From Eledone cirrhosa (lineage: Eukaryota), in contig OZ024742.1 in the NCBI GenBank assembly GCA_964016885.1, positions 342,860,001 to 342,924,000 of the forward strand: DNA of 64,000 nucleotides, written 5' to 3'. The notes below the pieces were generated by a model. That model ran no database searches and was not told the DNA's origin. It worked only from the letters and a program-made list of their open reading frames with translations. Shown piece after piece: positions 1 through 13,600 of this stretch. Position 1 is the first letter of the stretch. Every line of letters begins with the position of its first letter. A program made the translations under genes and the position numbers.

Positions 1-3000
1 GATCTACAGTGGTATGAAGTATGTGATATCCTGTGGTATGAAGTATGTGATCTACAGTGGTATGAAGTATGTGATCTCCAGTGGTATGAAGTATGTGATC
101 TACAGGTGTATGCAGTATGTGATCTCCAGTGGTATGAAGTATGTGATAACCTGTGGTATGAAGTATGTGATATCCTGTGGTATGAAGTATGTGATCTACA
201 GTGGTATGAAGTATGTGATCTCCAGTGGTATGAAGTATGTGATATCCTGTGGTATGAAGTATGTGATATCCAGTGGTATGAAGTATGTGATCTACAGTGG
301 TATGAAGTATGTGATCTACAGTGGTATGAAGTATGTGATCTCCAGTGGTATGAAGTATGTGATATCCTGTGGTATGAAGTATGTGATCTCCAGTGGCATG
401 AAGTATGTGATCTACAGTGGTATGAAGTATGTAATCTCCAGTGGTATGAAGTTTGTGATCTCCAGTGGTATGGAGTATGTGATCTCCAGTGGTATGAAGT
501 ATGTGATCTACAGTGGTATGAAGTATGTAATCTCCAGTGGTATGAAGTATGTGATCTACAGTGGTATGAAGTATGTGATCTACAGTGGTATGAAGTATGT
601 GATCTACAGTGGTATGAAGTATGTGATCTCCAGTGGTATGAAGTATGTAATCTACAGTGGTATGAAGTATGTGATCTCCAGTGGTATGAAGTATGTCAGC
701 TCCAGTGGTATGAAGTATGTGATCTCCAGTGGTATGAAGTATGTGATCTCCAGTGGTATGAAGTATGTGATCTCCACTGGTATGAAATATGTGATCTACA
801 GTGGTATGAAGTATGTGATCTCCAGTGGTATGAAGTATGTGATCTCCAGTGGTATGAAGTATGTGATCTCCAGTGGTATGAAGTATGTGATCTCCAGTGG
901 TATGAAGTATGTGATATCCTGTGGTATGAAGTATGTCAGATCCAGTGGTATGAAGTATGTGATCTCCAGTGGTATGAAATATGTGATCTACAGTGGTATG
1001 AAGTATGTGATCTACAGTGGTATGAAGTATGTGATCTACAGTGGTATGAAGTATGTGATCTCCTGTGGTATGAAATATGTCAGCTCCAGTGGTATGAAGT
1101 ATGTGATCTCCAGTGGTATGAAGTATGTGATCTCCAGTGCTATGAAGTATGTAATCTACAGTGGTATGAAGTATGTGATCTCCAGTGGTATGAAGTATGT
1201 GATCTCCTGTGGTATGAAATATGTCAGCTCCAGTTGTATGAAGTATGTGATCTCCAGTGGTATGAAGTATGTGATCTCCAGTGGTATGAAATATGTGATC
1301 TACAGTGGTATGAAGTATGTGATCTCCAGTGGTATGAAGTATGTGATCTCCAGTGGTATGAAGTATGTGATCTCCAGTGGTATGAAGTATGTGATCTCCA
1401 GTGGTATGAAGTATGTGATATCCTGTGGTATGAAGTATGTGATCTCCAGTGGTATGAAGTATGTCAGCTCCAGTGGTATGAAGTATGTGATCTCCAGTGG
1501 TATGAAATATGTGATCTACAGTGGTATGAAGTATGTTAGCTCCAGTGGTATGAAGTATATGATCTACAGTGGTATGAAGTATGTCAGCTCCAGTGGTATG
1601 AAGTATGTGATCTCCAGTGGTACGAAGTAAGTGATCTACAGTGGTATGAAGTATGTGATCTCCAGTGGTATGAAGTATGTGATCTCCAGTGGTATGAAGT
1701 ATGTCAGCTCTAGTGGTATGAAGTATGTGATATCCTGTGGTATGAAGTATGTGATCTACAGTGGTATGAAGTATGTGATCTCCAGTGGTATGAAGTATGT
1801 GATCTCCAGTGGTATGAAGTATGTGATCTACAGGTGTATGAAGTATGTGATCTCCAGTGGTATGAAGTATGTGATCTACAGTGGTATGAAGTATGTGATC
1901 TCCAGTGGTATGAAGTATGTGATCTACAGTGGTATGAAGTATGTCAGCTCCAGTGGTATGAAGTATGTGATCTCCAGTGGTATGAAGTATGTCAGCTCCA
2001 GTGGTATGAAGTATGTGATCTCCAGTGGTATGAAGTATGTGATCTCCAGTGGTATGAAGTATGTCAGCTCCAGGTGTATGAAGTATGTGATCTCCAGTGG
2101 TATGAAGTATGTCAGCTCCAGTGGTATGAAGTATGTGATCTCCAGTGGTATGAAGTATATGATCTACAGTGGTATGAAGTATGTGATATCCTGTGGTATG
2201 AAGTATGTGATCTACAGTGGTATGAAGTATGTGATCTCCAGTGGTATGAAGTATGTGATCTACAGGTGTATGAAGTATGTGATCTCCAGTGGTATGAAGT
2301 ATGTGATAACCTGTGGTATGAAGTATGTGATATCCTGTGGTATGAAGTATGTGATCTACAGTGGTATGACGTATGTGATCTCCAGTGGTATGAAGTATGT
2401 GATATCCTGTGGTATGAAGTATGTGATATCCAGTGGTATTAAGTATGTGATCTACAGTGGTATGAAGTATGTGATCTACAGTGGTATGAAGTATGTGATC
2501 TCCAGTGGTATGAAGTATGTGATATCCTGTGGTATGAAGTATGTGATCTCCAGTGGCATGAAGTATGTGATCTACAGTGGTATGAAGTATGTAATCTCCA
2601 GTGGTATGAAGTTTGTGATCTCCAGTGGTATGGAGTATGTGATCTCCAGTGGTATGAAGTATGTGATCTACAGTGGTATGAAGTATGTAATCTCCAGTGG
2701 TATGAAGTATGTGATCTACAGTGGTATGAAGTATGTGATCTACAGTGGTATGAAGTATGTGATCTACAGTGGTATGAAGTATGTGATCTCCAGTGGTATG
2801 AAGTATGTAATCTACAGTGGTATGAAGTATGTGATCTCCAGTGGTATGAAGTATGTCAGCTCCAGTGGTATGAAGTATGTGATCTCCAGTGGTATGAAGT
2901 ATGTGATCTCCAGTGGTATGAAGTATGTGATCTCCACTGGTATGAAATATGTGATCTACAGTGGTATGAAGTATGTGATCTCCAGTGGTATGAAGTATGT

Positions 3001-4620
3001 GATCTCCAGTGGTATGAAGTATGTGATCTCCAGTGGTATGAAGTATGTGATCTCCAGTGGTATGAAGTATGTGATATCCTGTGGTATGAAGTATGTCAGA
3101 TCCAGTGGTATGAAGTATGTGATCTCCAGTGGTATGAAATATGTGATCTACAGTGGTATGAAGTATGTGATCTACAGTGGTATGAAGTATGTGATCTACA
3201 GTGGTATGAAGTATGTGATCTCCTGTGGTATGAAATATGTCAGCTCCAGTGGTATGAAGTATGTGATCTCCAGTGGTATGAAGTATGTGATCTCCAGTGC
3301 TATGAAGTATGTAATCTACAGTGGTATGAAGTATGTGATCTCCAGTGGTATGAAGTATGTGATCTCCTGTGGTATGAAATATGTCAGCTCCAGTTGTATG
3401 AAGTATGTGATCTCCAGTGGTATGAAGTATGTGATCTCCAGTGGTATGAAATATGTGATCTACAGTGGTATGAAGTATGTGATCTCCAGTGGTATGAAGT
3501 ATGTGATCTCCAGTGGTATGAAGTATGTGATCTCCAGTGGTATGAAGTATGTGATCTCCAGTGGTATGAAGTATGTGATATCCTGTGGTATGAAGTATGT
3601 GATCTCCAGTGGTATGAAGTATGTCAGCTCCAGTGGTATGAAGTATGTGATCTCCAGTGGTATGAAATATGTGATCTACAGTGGTATGAAGTATGTTAGC
3701 TCCAGTGGTATGAAGTATATGATCTACAGTGGTATGAAGTATGTCAGCTCCAGTGGTATGAAGTATGTGATCTCCAGTGGTACGAAGTAAGTGATCTACA
3801 GTGGTATGAAGTATGTGATCTCCAGTGGTATGAAGTATGTGATCTCCAGTGGTATGAAGTATGTCAGCTCTAGTGGTATGAAGTATGTGATATCCTGTGG
3901 TATGAAGTATGTGATCTACAGTGGTATGAAGTATGTGATCTCCAGTGGTATGAAGTATGTGATCTCCAGTGGTATGAAGTATGTGATCTACAGGTGTATG
4001 AAGTATGTGATCTCCAGTGGTATGAAGTATGTGATCTACAGTGGTATGAAGTATGTGATCTCCAGTGGTATGAAGTATGTGATCTACAGTGGTATGAAGT
4101 ATGTCAGCTCCAGTGGTATGAAGTATGTGATCTCCAGTGGTATGAAGTATGTCAGCTCCAGTGGTATGAAGTATGTGATCTCCAGTGGTATGAAGTATGT
4201 GATCTCCAGTGGTATGAAGTATGTCAGCTCCAGGTGTATGAAGTATGTGATCTCCAGTGGTATGAAGTATGTCAGCTCCAGTGGTATGAAGTATGTGATC
4301 TCCAGTGGTATGAAGTATATGATCTACAGTGGTATGAAGTATGTGATATCCTGTGGTATGAAGTATGTGATCTACAGTGGTATGAAGTATGTGATCTCCA
4401 GTGGTATGAAGTATGTGATCTACAGGTGTATGAAGTATGTGATCTCCAGTGGTATGAAGTATGTGATAACCTGTGGTATGAAGTATGTGATATCCTGTGG
4501 TATGAAGTATGTGATCTACAGTGGTATGACGTATGTGATCTCCAGTGGTATGAAGTATGTGATATCCTGTGGTATGAAGTATGTGATATCCAGTGGTATT
4601 AAGTATGTGATCTACAGTGG
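1..4620 (+). repeat. Higher-order repeat, period 2,160 bp (90 monomers), about 2.1 copies visible
   Basis: Lines 1, 2161 and 4321 begin identically. TACGAAGTAA occurs at 1621 and 3781, CAGTTGTATG (TTG) at 1234 and 3394, and TGGAGT at 471 and 2631. Only a few copy-specific differences (e.g. TGCAGT 111 vs TGAAGT 2271). Confidence 0.95.
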
Positions 4621-7600
4621 TATGAAGTATGTGATCTGCTGTGGTATGAAGTATGTGATCTCCAGTGGTATGAAGTATGTGATCTCCTGTGGTATGAAGT
4701 ATATGATCTACAGTGGTATGAAGTATGTGATATCCTGTGGTATGAAGTATGTGATCTACAGTGGTATGAAGTATGTGATCTCCAGTGGTATGAAGTATGT
4801 GATCTACAGGTGTATGAAGTATGTGATCTCCAGTGGTATGAAGTATGTGATAACCTGTGGTATGAAGTATGTGATATCCTGTCGTATGAAGTATGTGATC
4901 TACAGTGGTATGAAGTATGTGATCTCCAGTGGTATTAAGTATGTGATATCCTGTGGTATGAAGTATGTGATATCCAGTGGTATGAAGTATGTGATCTACA
5001 GTGGTATGAAGTATGTGATCTACAGTGGTATGAAGTATGTGATCTCCAGTGGTATGAAGTATGTGATATCCTGTGGTATGAAGTATGTGATCTCCAGTGG
5101 CATGAAGTATGTGATCTACAGTGGTATGAAGTATGTAATCTCCAGTGGTATGAAGTTTGTGATCTCCAGTGGTATGAAGTATGTGATCTCCAGTGGTATG
5201 AAGTATGTGATCTACAGTGGTATGAAGTATGTAATCTCCAGTGGTATGAAGTATGTGATCTACAGTGGTATGAAGTATGTGATCTACAGTGGTATGAAGT
5301 ATGTGATCTACAGTGGTATGAAGTATGTGATCTCCAGTGGTATGAAGTATGTAATCTACAGTGGTATGAAGTATGTGATCTCCAGTGGTATGAAGTATGT
5401 CAGCTCCAGTGGTATGAAGTATGTGATCTCCAGTGGTATGAAGTATGTGATCTCCAGTGGTATGAAGTATGTGATCTCCACTGGTATGAAATATGTGATC
5501 TACAGTGGTATGAAGTATGTGATCTCCAGTGGTATGAAGTATGTGATCTCCAGTGGTATGAAGTATGTGATCTCCAGTGGTATGAAGTATGTGATCTCCA
5601 GTGGTATGAAGTATGTGATATCCTGTGGTATGAAGTATGTCAGATCCAGTGGTATGAAGTATGTGATCTCCAGTGGTATGAAATATGTGATCTACAGTGG
5701 TATGAAGTATGTGATCTACAGTGGTATGAAGTATGTGATCTACAGTGGTATGAAGTATGTGATCTCCTGTGGTATGAAATATGTCAGCTCCAGTGGTATG
5801 AAGTATGTGATCTCCAGTGGTATGAAGTATGTGATCTCCAGTGCTATGAAGTATGTAATCTACAGTGGTATGAAGTATGTGATCTCCAGTGGTATGAAGT
5901 ATGTGATCTCCTGTGGTATGAAATATGTCAGCTCCAGTTGTATGAAGTATGTGATCTCCAGTGGTATGAAGTATGTGATCTCCAGTGGTATGAAATATGT
6001 GATCTACAGTGGTATGAAGTATGTGATCTCCAGTGGTATGAAGTATGTGATCTCCAGTGGTATGAAGTATGTGATCTCCAGTGGTATGAAGTATGTGATC
6101 TCCAGTGGTATGAAGTATGTGATATTCTGTGGTATGAAGTATGTGATCTCCAGTGGTATGAAGTATGTCAGCTCCAGTGGTATGAAGTATGTGATCTCCA
6201 GTGGTATGAAATATGTGATCTACAGTGGTATGAAGTATGTTAGCTCCAGTGGTATGAAGTATATGATCTACAGTGGTATGAAGTATGTCAGCTCCAGTGG
6301 TATGAAGTATGTGATCTCCAGTGGTATGAAGTATGTGATCTACAGTGGTATGAAGTATGTGATCTCCAGTGGTATGAAGTATGTGATCTCCAGTGGTATG
6401 AAGTATGTCAGCTCCAGTGGTATGAAGTATGTGATATCCTGTGGTATGAAGTATGTGATCTACAGTGGTATGAAGTATGTGATCTCCAGTGGTATGAAGT
6501 ATGTGATCTCCAGTGGTATGAAGTATGTGATCTCCTGTGGTATGAAGTATGTGATCTCCAGTGGTATGAAGTATGTGATAACCTGTGGTATGAAGTATGT
6601 GATATCCTGTGGTATGAAGTATGTGATCTACAGTGGTATGAAGTATGTGATCTCCAGTGGTATGAAGTATGTGATATCCTGTGGTATGAAGTATGTGATA
6701 TCCAGTGGTATGAAGTATGTGATCTACAGTGGTATGAAGTATGTGATCTACAGTGGTATGAAGTATGTGATCTCCAGTGGTATGAAGTATGTGATATCCT
6801 GTGGTATGAAGTATGTGATCTCCAGTGGCATGAAGTATGTGATCTACAGTGGTATGAAGTATGTAATCTCCAGTGGTATGAAGTTTGTGATCTCCAGTGG
6901 TATGAAGTATGTGATCTCCAGTGGTATGAAGTATGTGATCTAAAGTGGTATGAAGTATGTAATCTCCAGTGGTATGAAGTATGTGATCTACAGTGGTATG
7001 AAGTATGTGATCTACAGTGGTATGAAGTATGTGATCTCCAGTGGTATGAAGTATGTAATCTACAGTGGTATGAAGTATGTGATCTCCATTTGTATGAAGT
7101 ATGTCAGCTCCAGTGGTATGAAGTATGTGATCTCCAGTGGTATGAAGTATGTGATCTCCAGTGGTATGAAGTATGTGATCTCCATTGGTATGAAATATGT
7201 GATCTACAGTGGTATGAAGTATGTGATCTCCAGTGGTATGAAGTATGTGATCTCCAGTGGTATGAAGTATGTGATCTCCAGTGGTATGAAGTATGTGATC
7301 TCCAGTGGTATGAAGTATGTGATATCCTGTGGTATGAAGTATGTCAGATCCAGTGGTATGAAGTATGTGATCTCCAGTGGTATGAAATATGTGATCTACA
7401 GTGGTATGAAGTATGTGATCTACAGTGGTATGAAGTATGTGATCTACAGTGGTATGAAGTATGTGATCTCCTGTGGTATGAAATATGTCAGCTCCAGTGG
7501 TATGAAGTATGTGATCTCCAGTGGTATGAAGTATGTGATCTCCACTGCTATGAAGTATGTAATCTACAGTGGTATGAAGTATGTGATCTCCAGTGGTATG

Positions 7601-10600
7601 GAGTATGTGATCACCTGTGGTATGAAATATGTCAGCTCCAGTTGTATGAAGTATGTGATCTCCAGTGGTATGAAGTATGTGATCTCCAGTGGTATGAAAT
7701 ATGTGATCTACAGTGGTATGAAGTATGTGATCTCCAGTGGTATGAAGTATGTGATCTCCAGTGGTATGAAGTATGTGATCTCCAGTGGTATGAAGTATGT
7801 GATCTCCAGTGGTATGAAGTATGTGATATCCTGTGGTATGAAGTATGTGATCTCCAGTGGTATGAAGTATGTCAGCTCCAGTGGTATGAAGTATATGATC
7901 TCCAGTGGTATGAAATATGTGATCTACAGTGGTATGAAGTATGTTAGCTCCAGTGGTATGAAGTATATGATCTACAGTGGTATGAAGTATGTCAGCTCCA
8001 GTGGTATGAAGTATGTGATCTCCAGTGGTATGAAGTATGTGATCTACAGTGGTATGAAGTATGTGATCTCCAGTGGTATGAAGTATGTGATCTCCAGTGG
8101 TATGAAGTATGTCAGCTCCAGTGGTATGAAGTATGTGAAATCCTGTGGTATGAAGTATGTGATCTACAGTGGTATGAAGTATGTGATCTACAGTGGTATG
8201 AAGTATGTGATCTACAGTGGTATGAAGTATGTGATCTCCAGTGGTATGAAGTATGTGATCTCCAGTGGTATGAAGTATGTGATATCCTGTGGTATGAAGT
8301 ATGTGATCTCCAGTGGTATGAAGTATGTGATCTCCAGTGGTATGAAGTATGTGATCTCCAGTGGTATGAAGTATGTGATCTACAGTGGTATGAAGTATGT
8401 GATCTCCAGTGGTATGAAGTATGTGATATCCTGTGGTATGAAGTATGTGATCTATAGTGGTATGAAGTATGTGATCTCCAGTGGTATGAAGTATGTGATA
8501 TCCTGTGGTATGAAGTATGTGATCTCCAGTGGTATGAAGTATGTGATCTCCAGTGGTATGAAGTATGTGATATCCTGTGGTATGAAGTATGTGATCTCCA
8601 GTGGTATGAAGTATCTCAGCTCCAGTGGTATGAAGTATGTGATCTCCAGTGGTATAAAGTATGTGATCTCCAGTGGTATGAGGTATGTCAGCTCCAGTGG
8701 TATGAAGTATGTGATATCCTGTGGTATGAAGTATGTGATCTACAGTGGTATGAAGTATGTGATCTACAGTGGTATGAAGTATGTGATCTACAGTGGTATG
8801 AAGTATGTCAGCTCCAGTGGTATGAAGTATGTGATCTCCTGTGGTATGAAATATGTCAGCTCCAGTTGTATGAAGTATGTGATCTCCAGTGGTATGAAGT
8901 ATGTGATCTCCAGTGGTATGAAATATGTGATCTACAGTGGTATGAAGTATGTGATCTCCAGTGGTATGAAGTATGTGATCTCCAGTGGTATGAAGTATGT
9001 GATCTCCAGTGGTATGAAGTATGTGATCTCCAGTGGTATGAAGTATGTGATATCCTGTGGTATGAAGTATGTGATCTCCAGTGGTATGAAGTATGTCAGC
9101 TCCAGTGGTATGAAGTATGTGATCTCCAGTGGTATGAAATATGTGATCTACAGTGGTATGAAGTATGTTAGCTCCAGTGGTATGAAGTATATGATCTACA
9201 GTGGTATGAAGTATGTCAGCTCCAGTGGTATGAAGTATGTGATCTCCAGTGGTATGAAGTATGTGATCTACAGTGGTATGAAGTATGTGATCTCCAGTGG
9301 TATGAAGTATGTGATCTCCAGTGGTATGAAGTATGTCAGCTCCAGTGGTATGAAGTATGTGATATCCTGTGGTATGAAGTATGTGATCTACAGTGGTATG
9401 AAGTATGTGATCTCCAGTGGTATGAAGTATGTGATCTCCAGTGGTATGAAGTATGTGATCTCCTGTGGTATGAAGTATGTGATCTCCAGTGGTATGAAGT
9501 ATGTGATAACCTGTGGTATGAAGTATGTGATATCCTGTGGTATGAAGTATGTGATCTACAGTGGTATGAAGTATGTGATCTCCAGTGGTATGAAGTATGT
9601 GATATCCTGTGGTATGAAGTATGTGATATCCAGTGGTATGAAGTATGTGATCTACAGTGGTATGAAGTATGTGATCTACAGTGGTATGAAGTATGTGATC
9701 TCCAGTGGTATGAAGTATGTGATATCCTGTGGTATGAAGTATGTGATCTCCAGTGGCATGAAGTATGTGATCTACAGTGGTATGAAGTATGTAATCTCCA
9801 GTGGTATGAAGTTTGTGATCTCCAGTGGTATGAAGTATGTGATCTCCAGTGGTATGAAGTATGTGATCTACAGTGGTATGAAGTATGTAATCTCCAGTGG
9901 TATGAAGTATGTGATCTACAGTGGTATGAAGTATGTGATCTACAGTGGTATGAAGTATGTGATCTCCAGTGGTATGAAGTATGTAATCTACAGTGGTATG
10001 AAGTATGTGATCTCCAGTGGTATGAAGTATGTCAGCTCCAGTGGTATGAAGTATGTGATCTCCAGTGGTATGAAGTATGTGATCTCCAGTGGTATGAAGT
10101 ATGTGATCTCCATTGGTATGAAATATGTGATCTACAGTGGTATGAAGTATGTGATCTCCAGTGGTATGAAGTATGTGATCTCCAGTGGTATGAAGTATGT
10201 GATCTCCAGTGGTATGAAGTATGTGATCTCCAGTGGTATGAAGTATGTGATATCCTGTGGTATGAAGTATGTCAGATCCAGTGGTATGAAGTATGTGATC
10301 TCCAGTGGTATGAAATATGTGATCTACAGTGGTATGAAGTATGTGATCTACAGTGGTATGAAGTATGTGATCTACAGTGGTATGAAGTATGTGATCTCCT
10401 GTGGTATGAAATATGTCAGCTCCAGTGGTATGAAGTATGTGATCTCCAGTGGTATGAAGTATGTGATCTCCAGTGCTATGAAGTATGTAATCTACAGTGG
10501 TATGAAGTATGTGATCTCCAGTGGTATGAAGTATGTGATCTCCTGTGGTATGAAATATGTCAGCTCCAGTTGTATGAAGTATGTGATCTCCAGTGGTATG

Positions 10601-13600
10601 AAGTATGTGATCTCCAGTGGTATGAAATATGTGATCTACAGTGGTATGAAGTATGTGATCTCCAGTGGTATGAAGTATGTGATCTCCAGTGGTATGAAGT
10701 ATGTGATCTCCAGTGGTATGAAGTATGTGATCTCCAGTGGTATGAAGTATGTGATATCCTGTGGTATGAAGTATGTGATCTCCAGTGGTATGAAGTATGT
10801 CAGCTCCAGTGGTATGAAGTATGTGATCTCCAGTGGTATGAAATATGTGATCTACAGTGGTATGAAGTATGTTAGCTCCAGTGGTATGAAGTATATGATC
10901 TACAGTGGTATGAAGTATGTCAGCTCCAGTGGTATGAAGTATGTGATCTCCAGTGGTACGAAGTAAGTGATCTACAGTGGTATGAAGTATGTGATCTCCA
11001 GTGGTATGAAGTATGTGATCTCCAGTGGTATGAAGTATGTCAGCTCTAGTGGTATGAAGTATGTGATATCCTGTGGTATGAAGTATGTGATCTACAGTGG
11101 TATGAAGTATGTGATCTCCAGTGGTATGAAGTATGTGATCTCCAGTGGTATGAAGTATGTGATCTACAGGTGTATGAAGTATGTGATCTCCAGTGGTATG
11201 AAGTATGTGATCTACAGTGGTATGAAGTATGTGATCTCCAGTGGTATGAAGTATGTGATCTACAGTGGTATGAAGTATGTCAGCTCCAGTGGTATGAAGT
11301 ATGTGATCTCCAGTGGTATGAAGTATGTCAGCTCCAGTGGTATGAAGTATGTGATCTCCAGTGGTATGAAGTATGTGATCTCCAGTGGTATGAAGTATGT
11401 CAGCTCCAGGTGTATGAAGTATGTGATCTCCAGTGGTATGAAGTATGTCAGCTCCAGTGGTATGAAGTATGTGATCTCCAGTGGTATGAAGTATATGATC
11501 TACAGTGGTATGAAGTATGTGATATCCTGTGGTATGAAGTATGTGATCTACAGTGGTATGAAGTATGTGATCTCCAGTGGTATGAAGTATGTGATCTACA
11601 GGTGTATGAAGTATGTGATCTCCAGTGGTATGAAGTATGTGATAACCTGTGGTATGAAGTATGTGATATCCTGTGGTATGAAGTATGTGATCTACAGTGG
11701 TATGACGTATGTGATCTCCAGTGGTATGAAGTATGTGATATCCTGTGGTATGAAGTATGTGATATCCAGTGGTATTAAGTATGTGATCTACAGTGGTATG
11801 AAGTATGTGATCTGCTGTGGTATGAAGTATGTGATCTCCAGTGGTATGAAGTATGTGATCTCCTGTGGTATGAAGTATATGATCTACAGTGGTATGAAGT
11901 ATGTGATATCCTGTGGTATGAAGTATGTGATCTACAGTGGTATGAAGTATGTGATCTCCAGTGGTATGAAGTATGTGATCTACAGGTGTATGAAGTATGT
12001 GATCTCCAGTGGTATGAAGTATGTGATAACCTGTGGTATGAAGTATGTGATATCCTGTCGTATGAAGTATGTGATCTACAGTGGTATGAAGTATGTGATC
12101 TCCAGTGGTATTAAGTATGTGATATCCTGTGGTATGAAGTATGTGATATCCAGTGGTATGAAGTATGTGATCTACAGTGGTATGAAGTATGTGATCTACA
12201 GTGGTATGAAGTATGTGATCTCCAGTGGTATGAAGTATGTGATATCCTGTGGTATGAAGTATGTGATCTCCAGTGGCATGAAGTATGTGATCTACAGTGG
12301 TATGAAGTATGTAATCTCCAGTGGTATGAAGTTTGTGATCTCCAGTGGTATGAAGTATGTGATCTCCAGTGGTATGAAGTATGTGATCTACAGTGGTATG
12401 AAGTATGTAATCTCCAGTGGTATGAAGTATGTGATATCCTGTGGTATGAAGTATGTGATCTCCAGTGGTATGAAGTATGTGATCTACAGTGGTATGAAGT
12501 ATGTGATCTCCAGTGGTATGAAGTATGTAATCTACAGTGGTATGAAGTATGTGATCTCCAGTGGTATGAAGTATGTCAGCTCCAGTGGTATGAAGTATGT
12601 GATCTCCAGTGGTATGAAGTATGTGATCTCCAGTGGTATGAAGTATGTGATCTCCACTGGTATGAAATATGTGATCTACAGTGGTATGAAGTATGTGATC
12701 TCCAGTGGTATGAAGTATGTGATCTCCAGTGGTATGAAGTATGTGATCTCCAGTGGTATGAAGTATGTGATCTCCAGTGGTATGAAGTATGTGATATCCT
12801 GTGGTATGAAGTATGTCAGATCCAGTGGTATGAAGTATGTGATCTCCAGTGGTATGAAATATGTGATCTACAGTGGTATGAAGTATGTGATCTACAGTGG
12901 TATGAAGTATGTGATCTACAGTGGTATGAAGTATGTGATCTCCTGTGGTATGAAATATGTCAGCTCCAGTGGTATGAAGTATGTGATCTCCAGTGGTATG
13001 AAGTATGTGATCTCCAGTGCTATGAAGTATGTAATCTACAGTGGTATGAAGTATGTGATCTCCAGTGGTATGAAGTATGTGATCTCCTGTGGTATGAAAT
13101 ATGTCAGCTCCAGTTGTATGAAGTATGTGATCTCCAGTGGTATGAAGTATGTGATCTCCAGTGGTATGAAATATGTGATCTACAGTGGTATGAAGTATGT
13201 GATCTCCAGTGGTATGAAGTATGTGATCTCCAGTGGTATGAAGTATGTGATCTCCAGTGGTATGAAGTATGTGATCTCCAGTGGTATGAAGTATGTGATA
13301 TCCTGTGGTATGAAGTATGTGATCTCCAGTGGTATGAAGTATGTCAGCTCCAGTGGTATGAAGTATGTGATCTCCAGTGGTATGAAATATGTGATCTACA
13401 GTGGTATGAAGTATGTTAGCTCCAGTGGTATGAAGTATATGATCTACAGTGGTATGAAGTATGTCAGCTCCAGTGGTATGAAGTATGTGATCTCCAGTGG
13501 TATGAAGTATGTGATCTACAGTGGTATGAAGTATGTTAGCTCCAGTGGTATGAAGTATATGATCTACAGTGGTATGAAGTATGTCAGCTCCAGTGGTATG

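Noticed and set aside
12-25. Internal sub-repeat GTATGAA/GTATGTG suggesting a 7-8-bp ancestral unit
   Set aside because: It is only a 5-bp match present twice, and the remaining third of the monomer does not fit, so it is too weak to support.
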